From: Puniceicoccaceae bacterium
GTDB taxonomy: Bacteria; Verrucomicrobiota; Verrucomicrobiia; Opitutales; Oceanipulchritudinaceae
Direction of reading: 5' to 3'
Assembly: GCA_040830765.1 (NCBI GenBank)
Contig: JBFOMH010000019.1
Coordinates: 64,001 to 128,000, forward strand
Length of the DNA: 64,000 bases
Shown here in pieces: positions 48,162 through 57,102 of this stretch. The notes beneath the pieces were generated by a model. That model did no database searches. It saw nothing but the letters and a program-made list of their open reading frames with translations, and had not been told where the DNA came from. Positions within the stretch are counted from its first letter, which is position 1; every line of letters starts with the position of its first letter. The translations under genes were made by a program, and so were the position numbers.

Positions 48162-49562
48162 CTACCGTTTCTGCTTGCGGTCGCGGACGTTCATTTCCGC
48201 TTTCCAGGCCTTCAACTCCTTGTAAAGGGCCTTTTCGATCTTGGGCAGCTTGCCGGCAAGGTTGGACTTCTCACCCGGGTCGGCCTCCAGATCATAAACT
48301 TCGATTCGCTTCTGGTCGAAAAACTCAAGGAGCTTGTAGGGCCCGCGGCGTATGACCGCTGCATTGTAATCCCCTGTGTTATGCCGTCGACCCACATCGG
48401 AATACCAGAAAAAGCTGCGATCGGCATTTAGATTGTCATTCCCCTTCAAGCCATCGACAAAGCTGACGCCATCCACATGATCATCCGGTTGCAGCGGTAG
48501 ACCCAGCATTTCAAGAATGGTCGGGTAATAGTCCATCCCGGTGATCGGGAAGTGGCCCGTCGAACCGGCCTTCACTGCACCGGGCCAATAGACCACTACC
48601 GGGATGCGGATACCCCCCTCGTACATGTGACCCTTCCCTGCCCGCAGGGGAAGATTTGTGGTCGCGAGCTCCCGTTTGTTGTCCGGGCCTGAATTAGATA
48701 GACCACCGTGATCGGAGGTCAGGATGATGATTGTGTCCTCAAACAGGTTGTGGCGCTTGAGGGCATCGATAACGGTTTTCAAGCTTTCATCCACGCTCTC
48801 CACCATGGCCGCGTACCCGGCGTTCGTCGGGTGGCGCAGGTGGCGTCCGTCGGGGCCGATCTCATATTCCGGGCCGTCAAATTCGATCCCCCCTATCTTC
48901 TCATTATAGCGAGCCGTCTTGTCCGGCTTTCCCTGAATAGGCGTGTGGACCGCGTAGTGGGACAAGTAGATAAAGAACGGGTCGCCCTTGTTTGCATCGA
49001 TGAACTCCACAGTCTTCCGGGTCAGGTGGTCGGTCAGGTATTCGCCCTCGTCCGGCTCCAGGGTGTCCGTACCGGTAAGATTTTTCTCGCTCCCGTATGG
49101 GGGAAAATAAGCACCTGGCGCTCCTGCGCTGCCGCCCCCTATGTTGATGTCAAAGCCCTGCGCATCGGGATAGCGCTCCGGACTTTTGCCCAGATGCCAC
49201 TTTCCGGTAAAGAATGTCTTGTAGCCATGGACCTTGAGGGCTTCCGCCATCGTCACATGGGAGGGATCCATGTCCGTCAAACGCTCCCCCTTGCCCTCGG
49301 CGCGACTGGGATGAACCCCTGTTATCATGGCAAAGCGCGAGGGAACACAACGGGGATAGGCCGCGTAGGCCTTCTTGAGGAGCATGCCTTGCCTGGCCAG
49401 ATCGTCGATGGCCGGTGTCTCATAGACGGGTGATCCGGTTAGGGACAAATCGTGATACCCGAAATCATCAACGAGGAAGAAGACGACGTTGGGCCGGGTA
49501 GCCGCGGAAACAGTCGCCGCCGCGACAAGGCAAGACAGGATTAAGGGCTGGATGATTTTCAT
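48162..49562 (-). CDS. Sulfatase (S1)
   Basis: NVVFFLVDDFG, PRCVPSRFAMITG, GKWHLG, LSHYAVHTP, SDHGG, YEGGIRIP. Confidence 0.93.
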   Translation of the reverse strand: MKIIQPLILSCLVAAATVSAATRPNVVFFLVDDFGYHDLSLTGSPVYETPAIDDLARQGMLLKKAYAAYPRCVPSRFAMITGVHPSRAEGKGERLTDMDPSHVTMAEALKVHGYKTFFTGKWHLGKSPERYPDAQGFDINIGGGSAGAPGAYFPPYGSEKNLTGTDTLEPDEGEYLTDHLTRKTVEFIDANKGDPFFIYLSHYAVHTPIQGKPDKTARYNEKIGGIEFDGPEYEIGPDGRHLRHPTNAGYAAMVESVDESLKTVIDALKRHNLFEDTIIILTSDHGGLSNSGPDNKRELATTNLPLRAGKGHMYEGGIRIPVVVYWPGAVKAGSTGHFPITGMDYYPTILEMLGLPLQPDDHVDGVSFVDGLKGNDNLNADRSFFWYSDVGRRHNTGDYNAAVIRRGPYKLLEFFDQKRIEVYDLEADPGEKSNLAGKLPKIEKALYKELKAWKAEMNVRDRKQKR

Positions 49563-49683
49563 GCTGGGGTAGAATTAAGCTAACGAATACTTGAAGGTGA
49601 CACAAGTCTGCCGACAACCAAATACACCAGTGTGCAAAAGTCTTCCCATTGCCAAGAGAGGTGGAAGCCTGTAAGAGAGAGGC

Positions 49684-51528
49684 ATGAGAACAGGAAGAGC
49701 GAGAACAGGCAGGAGTTGGAGACTGGTACTGGCCCTGGCAACGGGCCTTGCGGGCTCAGGACTAGCGGGAGCCATGGAATGGCAGGCGGTGGACGCCAGC
49801 GGCAAGCCAACGGGGGATCTTGCTCCGGACGGACGGCTTGAACTCAGCTGGCAGGAAGACACCGGCGTCCCTTGGGCGACCGGGCCAGCCTGGCGGACAG
49901 CGGTTGATATTAAGCCGGAGGCGAAAGCGCTGCAAATCCGCTTTCAAGCCCGGTCAACTGCCGGCGAGTCCGGCAGACTGGACCATGCCATGAAGCTGCA
50001 TGTCTTGAAAGCCCTTGGGGAGCGTCCTTTTTTTCGCTGTGGTCCCCACCTCCGCAACGAATGGGAACAATTCGAAGTCACCCTTGGCCTTCCGGGGGAT
50101 TTGAAGAAAGGGCGCATCTTCATCTTCCTGGCCTATGGCTGGGGAAGCTCAGCGATTGAGGTGCAGGCAGTTGAATGCCATCAATTGACCGATCCTCCAC
50201 CCGCGCAGGACTGGCGCAGGATGGGCAGCTGGTACGATGGGCAGGCAATGAATGCCCCCTGGCGGGCCAAGGCAGAGGAAATGATCGAGCAGCACCGGAA
50301 AGCGGATGTCACGGTCCAGGTAGTCGATCTTGCCGGCCAGCCGGTGGAGAATGCCATGGTTGTCCTTGAACAGCAAAGCCATGCCTACCAGTTCGGAACG
50401 GCAGTGGCGACCCAGCAATATCGCTGGATGCGGAAAACGGGGGCCAATCCCTCCCGTGAATCCTCACTTGTCGCTCTTGACATTCCCGGGAATCCGCTCG
50501 ACCGCGAAAAGGCTGTCGCGGATGCCCGGCGCTACTTCTCGGAAATTGTCGCGAACTTTAACTACTTCGTGACCGAAAACGGGCTTAAGGCGCAGGCTTG
50601 GGCCGGTGATTGGGCGGGCTTCAGGCTGGAAGACACCTTTGGGGCGATCCAGTACCTGACGGACCAGGGACTTGAGGCCAAGGGGCATGTCCTGGTTTGG
50701 CCGGGCTGGAAAAACGCCCCCCTTTACATGAAGGAGCACGGAACGGATCCAGCCGTCCTCGACCGACTGGTCAAGGCCCACATTGTCGATATTGGGAGCA
50801 CCATGAATGGCAAGGTCGGCAGTTTTGATGTCATGAATGAGGCCTTCAATAACAACGATTTCATGGAGATTATCGGCAATCAGGTCATGACAGAGTGGTT
50901 CAAGCTGGCCGATCAGGTCCTGCCGGATGCACGTCTGTGCGTGAATGATTTTCTTCTCATCGCCAACGGGGGCCGCTACACCGAAAAGCTCGACTTCTAT
51001 GAGGACCTGGTGGGGCAACTGCTAGAGGAAGGGGCGCCCCTTGATGTCATTGGATTTCAGCACCATTACCGGCACACTTTCCTGACCTCCCCGGAAAGGG
51101 TCTGGGAGCTGTGTGATCGCTACAGCCGCTTCAACCTGCCGCTGGAATGCAGCGAATTCGATGTCAGCATTGAGGATGAACAGCTTCAGGCGGACTTCAC
51201 GCGGGATCTCCTGACGGCCTGGTTCGCGCATCCATCCACCCGGGCCTTCCTGTTCTGGGGATTTTGGGAGGAGGCGCACTGGCTCCCGGATGCCGCGCTG
51301 ATTACAAGGGACTGGCGAAAGAAGCCCAACTACCATGCCTACCGGGACCTTGTCTTCAATAAATGGTGGTCCGGTTGGGAGGAGAGCCGCACTGGTAGCG
51401 ATGGTCTAACGACAAGCCGCGTCTTCCACGGGACCTACACGGTTACCATCATCAGGGACGGCATGACCCAGACCCTTCAGGGCGTGGAGGTTGGTCATGG
51501 CGGATCAGCGTTAATCGTCCGCCTATGA
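49684..51528 (+). CDS. GH10 glycoside hydrolase with N-terminal CBM-like region
   Basis: IEQHRK.D, YQFGTA, VTENGLK, KGHVLVWP, FDVMNE (acid/base), IGFQHH, CSEFD (nucleophile), FWGFWE..HW. Confidence 0.85.
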   Translation: MRTGRARTGRSWRLVLALATGLAGSGLAGAMEWQAVDASGKPTGDLAPDGRLELSWQEDTGVPWATGPAWRTAVDIKPEAKALQIRFQARSTAGESGRLDHAMKLHVLKALGERPFFRCGPHLRNEWEQFEVTLGLPGDLKKGRIFIFLAYGWGSSAIEVQAVECHQLTDPPPAQDWRRMGSWYDGQAMNAPWRAKAEEMIEQHRKADVTVQVVDLAGQPVENAMVVLEQQSHAYQFGTAVATQQYRWMRKTGANPSRESSLVALDIPGNPLDREKAVADARRYFSEIVANFNYFVTENGLKAQAWAGDWAGFRLEDTFGAIQYLTDQGLEAKGHVLVWPGWKNAPLYMKEHGTDPAVLDRLVKAHIVDIGSTMNGKVGSFDVMNEAFNNNDFMEIIGNQVMTEWFKLADQVLPDARLCVNDFLLIANGGRYTEKLDFYEDLVGQLLEEGAPLDVIGFQHHYRHTFLTSPERVWELCDRYSRFNLPLECSEFDVSIEDEQLQADFTRDLLTAWFAHPSTRAFLFWGFWEEAHWLPDAALITRDWRKKPNYHAYRDLVFNKWWSGWEESRTGSDGLTTSRVFHGTYTVTIIRDGMTQTLQGVEVGHGGSALIVRL

Positions 51529-51529
51529 C

Positions 51530-52726
51530 TCAAGCGTGATCGTCGATGTGGCGGTATTTTTGCCGGTACTCCCGCGGCGACATGTGCGTGTCCTTCTTGA
51601 AGGCACAACTAAGATTGGAACTGTTGCTGTAGCCGCAGCACAGGGCAATGTACTCGACCTTGTCATCGGTCTCGGTCAGGAGGCGCTTGGCATTCTGGAT
51701 GCGTAAGCGGCGCAACTCGGACGCCGGCGACCGGCTGAGGTGCTTGTGAAAGGCCTTCTCCAGACCACGTTTGGAAAGGCCGGTGTATTCGCAAATGTCC
51801 TCGATGGTGATGGGCTGTCCGAAATTTTCCCGGATGAAGCGGATCGCATTGACCACCGCCGGATGGGTAACCGCCAGGGAATCCGTGCTTTGCCGCCGCA
51901 CCACGCTGTGGGGAGGAATCCGCTTGAGAGGCTCTTCACTTGTTATCTCTCCGCGCATGAGGCGGTCCAGTTGCTGGGCAGCCTGGTAACCCACTTCTGT
52001 CAGGTTGGTCCGGATACTGGACAAGGGTACTACCGCACTCTCACAAAGCAGTTCAATGTTGTCGACGCCAAGCACGGCAACTTCCTCGGGAACATGGATG
52101 CCATTACGGACGCAGATTTCAATCAAGGTCGCCCCCAGGTTGTCCTGGCCGGCAAAGACGGCCAGCGGCCGGGGCAGATCGCTGATTTTCTGGAAGATAT
52201 CGGCCTCATGCTTGTGCCAGTCGCCAATCATTTCCGGCGGTGACTGCTTGATCTCGTAGAGGTGTTCCGGAGATACCCCGCGCTTGATAAGGCCTTTGAA
52301 AAAAGACTCCCGCCGGACCTTGTTTACGGTCACCTCCGCCCATGCGTAATAAGCATAGTGCGTGTAGCCACGGGAATGGAAATGCTCGGCGGCCAATTCG
52401 CCTATTTGCTCGTTGTCGACGACGACCTGGGGGACCTTGCGAGGCATGTCCTCAATCGTCACATCGACGGTTGGAATGTCCAAGTGGTCGATGAATTCCT
52501 TCAGGCTCGGACCATAGCAAGTGATGGCTCCATCCCCGGGCCAGCCTTTGGGAATAAATCGATCCGATATCATGTAGGGAGACATGTGCCAACCGGCCTC
52601 CTTGGCATAGTTGAAGACACCGCGGTAGAGCCGCTCGTCAAACCAGTCGAAGGCCAGGATGATACTGGGTTGGCTGAGCTCGGCACGCTCGGAGGGAATG
52701 ACAAATGTCTTCTTTTTTTCAGCCAT
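51530..52726 (-). CDS. XylR-type (sensor + AraC HTH) transcriptional regulator
   Basis: VPEEVAVLGVDN, LSSI, VVRRQST, IALCCGYSNSSNLSCAFKK...SPREYR; divergent from the second GH94. Confidence 0.9.
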   Translation of the reverse strand: MAEKKKTFVIPSERAELSQPSIILAFDWFDERLYRGVFNYAKEAGWHMSPYMISDRFIPKGWPGDGAITCYGPSLKEFIDHLDIPTVDVTIEDMPRKVPQVVVDNEQIGELAAEHFHSRGYTHYAYYAWAEVTVNKVRRESFFKGLIKRGVSPEHLYEIKQSPPEMIGDWHKHEADIFQKISDLPRPLAVFAGQDNLGATLIEICVRNGIHVPEEVAVLGVDNIELLCESAVVPLSSIRTNLTEVGYQAAQQLDRLMRGEITSEEPLKRIPPHSVVRRQSTDSLAVTHPAVVNAIRFIRENFGQPITIEDICEYTGLSKRGLEKAFHKHLSRSPASELRRLRIQNAKRLLTETDDKVEYIALCCGYSNSSNLSCAFKKDTHMSPREYRQKYRHIDDHA

Positions 52727-52774
52727 ATGGGGAGTAAAGGAATGAAAAGGGGAATAGACTAGAATCAGGAATAG

Positions 52775-52826
52775 TTCATTTTTTCAGCAATATGACGAGC
52801 TTTTTCAATGACATAATACCTTGTGG
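52775..52826 (+). promoter_or_regulatory. Regulon operator site F
   Basis: TTTTTCAG-N13-TTTTTCAATGAC-N8-TTGTGG between the regulator and GH94. Confidence 0.78.
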
Positions 52827-52897
52827 AAGTGCAAGGGCGGCAAAGAATTGGGAACAAGAAGATAAGACAATTCCGTTTTATTAGCGCCTTAACTCTG

Positions 52898-55348
52898 ATG
52901 CAATACGGTCACTTCGACGACGCCGCCAAGGAATATGTAATCACCAATCCCCGCACACCGGTGAAGTGGATTAACTACATCGGAAAGATTGGATTTGGAG
53001 GATTCGTTGACCATACAGGAGGAGCTATTCTTTGTGCCGGTGACCCGGCGCTGAACCGCATCCTGAAGTACATCCCGCAGCTGCCGGCCTCTGACCCGCG
53101 CGGCGAGACGCTATACCTGCGCATCAAGACGAAAAGCGGATACAAACTGCTTTCTCCCTACTACACCCCGACCCTGCAGGACGTGGAAGAATTCCTCAGC
53201 CACGTCGGGCTTGGCTACCAGCGGATTGTTTCGGTCGTGGACGGTATCCGCACGGAGGTTTTGATTTTCATCCCCAATGACACGCCAGTGGAGATCCGGG
53301 ATATCCGGGTGACCAATGAATCCGGCAAAGCACTGGAAATCGATGTCATTCCCGTGGTCGAGTACACCCATTTTGAGGCCTTGAAGCAGTTCACCAACGC
53401 CGACTGGGTTCCCCAGACGATGATGTCGGAAGCACAGAGGGAGGAAAACGGCCTTCTGGTTTTGCGGCAGTTTCCCTTCATGCGGAAGGAAACGAAGCAC
53501 AACTTCTTCACCTCCAACCAGCCGGTTGATTCATTTGAAAGCGACCGGTCCCGTTTCCTGGGCCGCAAGGAATATGCCACCTGGCAAGACCCTCAAGCCC
53601 TGGACGAGGAAAGGTTTTCCAATTATGAGGCGCTGAGGGGAGATAACATCGGTGCCCTCCTTCACAAGCTTGGGACGGTTCAACCTGGCGAAACACGCCG
53701 CCTCATCACCCAACTCGGCCAGGCCACCGTCGAAGAGGTACCCCTTCTTGTCCAAAAGTACCGCGATGAGGCTGCGGTGGACATGGCCTTTGCCGATTTG
53801 GCCGGCTTCTGGGAGGATTACCTGTCCCGCTTCTCCTGTGAAACGCCGGATCCCGCCTTTAATTCAACGGTCAATGTGCACAACCCCCGCCAGTGCTACA
53901 TCACCATGAACTGGTCCCGCTATCTCTCCATGTATCAGTTGGGGCTGGGCTCCCGCGGCTTGGGCTTTCGCGACAGTTCCCAGGACACGATGGGTGCGGT
54001 CATGGGAGCTCCGGGCGAAGTGAAGGAACTCCTTCGCAAACTGATCAGTGTCCAGAATCCCGATGGCTCCGCCATGCACCAGTTCTATCCTCTGTCCATG
54101 GAAGCAAATGAGGGCGACGCCCGGGAAGAGGGTGAAAAACTGGTCTACGGGGATGACCACCTGTGGGCGGTCCTGGCCGTTTGTGCCTATATCAAGGAAA
54201 CGGGTGACTTTGCTTTTCTCGATGAACAGATAAGTTTCTACAGCAAGAAGCTGCCGCTGGAAGAGAGGGAAAAGGCCCATGTGCTGGATCACCTCATGCG
54301 GGCCTTGGAATATACCCGTTCCCATACAGGACGCCACGGCCTGCCGCTGTTGGGCTTTGCCGACTGGAACGACACCGTTAATCTCAAGGGCGATGCGGAA
54401 AGCCTTTTCAACGCCCACCTCTATGGATGGGGTCTGCTCGAGATGGTAGACCTGATGCACCACCTCGACAGGGAGGAATCCGCTGAGGTATACATGGCAT
54501 GGCATGCCGAGATGAAAGAGCGGGTCAATGAGCACGCATGGGATGGCGATTGGTGGGTCCGCTATTTCACCGAGGAGGGAGAAGCGCTTGGATCGAAAAA
54601 GAACAGCGAGGGAAAGATATTCACCAACGCCCAGTCATGGGCAGTCCTATCCGGATTCGCTGACAAGGAACGGGCCACCCTGTCACTGGATGCGGTGGAA
54701 AAGCACTTGAACACGGCCTGCGGAATCAAGCTCAGCTGGCCAGGTTATAGCCGATACGACAAGAGGATTGGCGGCGTTTCCACCTATCCTCCCGGCGCCA
54801 AGGAAAATGGTGGTATCTTCCTCCACTCCAATCCATGGGTCATGATTGCTGAAAGCAGGCTCGGCAACGGCAACCGCGCTTTCCAGTATTTCAATCAGAT
54901 TAATCCAGCTGCCAAGAATGAGGAAATCGATACATACGAGATTGAACCCTATGTTTTTGCCCAGAACATCCTCGGCGATGAACATCCCCAGTTCGGACTT
55001 GGGCGTAATAGCTGGCTTTCTGGAACCGCTTCATGGACCTACCAGGCAGCGACACAGTATATCCTAGGAATCCAGCCGGTGTTCGACGGATTGCGGATTG
55101 ACCCTTGTATCCCGGACCAGTGGGACGGTTTCACAGTAAAGCGTCGATTCCGGGATGTCCTTTACCGGATTCGCGTCGAGAATCCACACCATGTCTCCAA
55201 GGGGGTGACCGCCATCACCGTCGATGGCGAGACACTACCCAGCAACACCCTTCCAATAATGGAGCCTGGTGCCACTTGTGATGTTGTGGTCAAAATGGGA
55301 TCTGTCGAAGCGGCGACCAAGCCCGGTCCTGCAGTTGCTTTCGGATAA
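52898..55348 (+). CDS. GH94 glycoside phosphorylase (second paralog)
   Basis: MQYGHFDD..KEYVITNP.TPVKWINY, GLGFRDSSQD, ADWNDTVNL, YPPGAKENGGIFLH, WLSGTASW. Confidence 0.92.
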   Translation: MQYGHFDDAAKEYVITNPRTPVKWINYIGKIGFGGFVDHTGGAILCAGDPALNRILKYIPQLPASDPRGETLYLRIKTKSGYKLLSPYYTPTLQDVEEFLSHVGLGYQRIVSVVDGIRTEVLIFIPNDTPVEIRDIRVTNESGKALEIDVIPVVEYTHFEALKQFTNADWVPQTMMSEAQREENGLLVLRQFPFMRKETKHNFFTSNQPVDSFESDRSRFLGRKEYATWQDPQALDEERFSNYEALRGDNIGALLHKLGTVQPGETRRLITQLGQATVEEVPLLVQKYRDEAAVDMAFADLAGFWEDYLSRFSCETPDPAFNSTVNVHNPRQCYITMNWSRYLSMYQLGLGSRGLGFRDSSQDTMGAVMGAPGEVKELLRKLISVQNPDGSAMHQFYPLSMEANEGDAREEGEKLVYGDDHLWAVLAVCAYIKETGDFAFLDEQISFYSKKLPLEEREKAHVLDHLMRALEYTRSHTGRHGLPLLGFADWNDTVNLKGDAESLFNAHLYGWGLLEMVDLMHHLDREESAEVYMAWHAEMKERVNEHAWDGDWWVRYFTEEGEALGSKKNSEGKIFTNAQSWAVLSGFADKERATLSLDAVEKHLNTACGIKLSWPGYSRYDKRIGGVSTYPPGAKENGGIFLHSNPWVMIAESRLGNGNRAFQYFNQINPAAKNEEIDTYEIEPYVFAQNILGDEHPQFGLGRNSWLSGTASWTYQAATQYILGIQPVFDGLRIDPCIPDQWDGFTVKRRFRDVLYRIRVENPHHVSKGVTAITVDGETLPSNTLPIMEPGATCDVVVKMGSVEAATKPGPAVAFG

Positions 55349-55374
55349 GAATACCCTCCAGACTGATTCACTCG

Positions 55375-55415
55375 AAAAGAAAGGCCGCTCCCGATCAGGA
55401 AGCGGCCTTGATGTT
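55375..55415. terminator. Terminator between convergent genes (U tract on minus strand)
   Basis: AAAAGA-AAGGCCGCT-cccgatcagga-AGCGGCCTT. Confidence 0.75.
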
Positions 55416-55435
55416 ATGACAAAGAAAAAGGGAGG

Positions 55436-56422
55436 TTAACGAAGCACGTAGACCCATGCACCGCCTTCACCGGATTGCTCAGTGGAAATGTACATCCAAC
55501 TGGCAAAAGGCACAGAGTAAATCCACGGATCCTCGATGACATTGACCCAGCCCAGCCAACCGCCGGTATCTACATAGCCAGCGTCACCAACAGGATATCC
55601 CTTCCAGGTGTTGCCACCACTTCCGGCGACCTCAGCAATGGCAACCCCGGTTAAGCTACCCCGGTTCTTGCCCAGATTGGCTTCGTCAAATGTGAAGTCA
55701 TAGCTGCTCGCAAAGCTGGTGCCACTGGTCAGGGCACTGCAATTCAGGCGCACACCCGGAAGGTAGGCCGGAGGCTCAGCACCATCGTCAACATTTGACC
55801 AGTCAACGATCGCGGTGTTGGAAGTAATCGCTCCTTTTTGGGCACTGGCAGCTTCGATCACGGCGACGTCATCATACTCTGTATCCCATGTATAGCCGAG
55901 GCTGAGGGGAATGCTCTCGTCACCACTCCATTCAACGGCATCCGCATCCAGGAAAACCAGCTCGCCGCTGTCTGCACGGACTATGTAGAGCATGGCTCCA
56001 CATGTGTTGTTGGCAGAGGCGGTGGCGGTAAAGTCGTAAGTTCCTCCCGTTGGAATCTCCGCATAGCCAACCCAACTGGTGGGATTGGGATCGGTACCTC
56101 CAAGCAAGGTTCCCGCGTCCAAGGCAGTGAAAACAATCTCAGTCACGACGGTGCCATAATCTGTGATGTTATTGTCTACATCAACGACAACGGTACCGGC
56201 GACCGATGCACCGAATGACATTGTCATGACAGAAAGCTTCTTGTTGGTGGCGACCGACCAGACGACCATGTCGCCGGCCTGTACCTCAACCGAAGGTATG
56301 ACTTGGCCCGGGGCAGGTGAGCTGAGGCCCAGGCGATCATAAGCGGTAATGGAAACAGCCGCACTCAAGGATCCGCAAAGGGAAGCCAAGAGTACCGCGG
56401 TAAGTGCATTCTTGTATTTCAT
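55436..56422 (-). CDS. Secreted protein with C-terminal Trp/Gly-rich domain
   Basis: Signal peptide MKYKNALTAVLLASLCGSLSA; linker GSGGN; tail TWKGYPV...WLGWVNV..DPWIYS...WMY...GEGGAWVYVLR. Confidence 0.85.
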   Translation of the reverse strand: MKYKNALTAVLLASLCGSLSAAVSITAYDRLGLSSPAPGQVIPSVEVQAGDMVVWSVATNKKLSVMTMSFGASVAGTVVVDVDNNITDYGTVVTEIVFTALDAGTLLGGTDPNPTSWVGYAEIPTGGTYDFTATASANNTCGAMLYIVRADSGELVFLDADAVEWSGDESIPLSLGYTWDTEYDDVAVIEAASAQKGAITSNTAIVDWSNVDDGAEPPAYLPGVRLNCSALTSGTSFASSYDFTFDEANLGKNRGSLTGVAIAEVAGSGGNTWKGYPVGDAGYVDTGGWLGWVNVIEDPWIYSVPFASWMYISTEQSGEGGAWVYVLR

Positions 56423-56494
56423 TGGTTTATGAATTTTGGGGTTCGAGTATTGCAGAGGCGTTGATGTGACAATGTTCACTTATTGATCGGAAAG

Positions 56495-56546
56495 GTTCAA
56501 AGGCTAGTGTAAGTGAAAAAAGACCGTTAAAGGATGAATATGCGTA
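56495..56546 (-). promoter_or_regulatory. Regulon operator site G
   Basis: Minus strand TACGC-ATATTCAT-N13-TTTTTCACTTAC-N8-TTGAAC. Confidence 0.7.
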
Positions 56547-56573
56547 CATATTAATCGGAGCAGTCCAAATTCA

Positions 56574-56625
56574 TGCGCATACTCAGGGAAAGAGAATGCT
56601 AATTCACTGACTGAATCCCTTGTGA
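56574..56625 (+). promoter_or_regulatory. Regulon operator site H
   Basis: TGCGC-ATACTCAG-N13-TAATTCACTGAC-N8-TTGTGA. Confidence 0.7.
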
Positions 56626-56741
56626 AAATCAGAAAAAGGGCAGATCCTGTGCAAAACAAACCATCACCTTCCCTTCCACAGGGTACATGTCACCGCTCCA
56701 TCGCCATGATTGGCGAAGCACAAACACAAAATACAAAACAC

Positions 56742-57056
56742 ATGAATATCACTACCAACAAGATGATCGCCACTATCCTCATCAGCGGCCTTCTGGCCAC
56801 CCCCCTCCTGGCCGGCAAGGCGGATGCCGACCAGAAGGCAGCCGAGCGCAAGGCCAAGACATTCCTCAAATGGGATGAAGACGGTGACCAGCAGCTAAAC
56901 AAGGAGGAATTCTGCAAGATGCACACCTCCTGGATGGAGAAGAGTGGCAAGGAAGCCAAGCAGAAGGAACTGGACAATCGCTTCAAGAACAAGGATGCCA
57001 ATGGCGACGGCCAAGTCACCTTTGAGGAGCACTTCGGCATGCCCCTGCCAAAGTAG
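56742..57056 (+). CDS. Small secreted EF-hand protein
   Basis: Signal peptide (MIATILISGLLATPLLA), two EF loops DEDGDQQLNKEE and DANGDGQVTFEE. Confidence 0.82.
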   Translation: MNITTNKMIATILISGLLATPLLAGKADADQKAAERKAKTFLKWDEDGDQQLNKEEFCKMHTSWMEKSGKEAKQKELDNRFKNKDANGDGQVTFEEHFGMPLPK

Positions 57057-57102
57057 GCAGAGTTCTTCCCAAGCTTCAGCCAATCAACGCCTTGCAACCC
57101 CC

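Noticed and set aside
49563..49683. Regulon motif in the sulfatase/GH10 divergent promoter
   Set aside because: No TTCAG-N13-TTCA match was seen on either strand, so these genes may be regulated differently.
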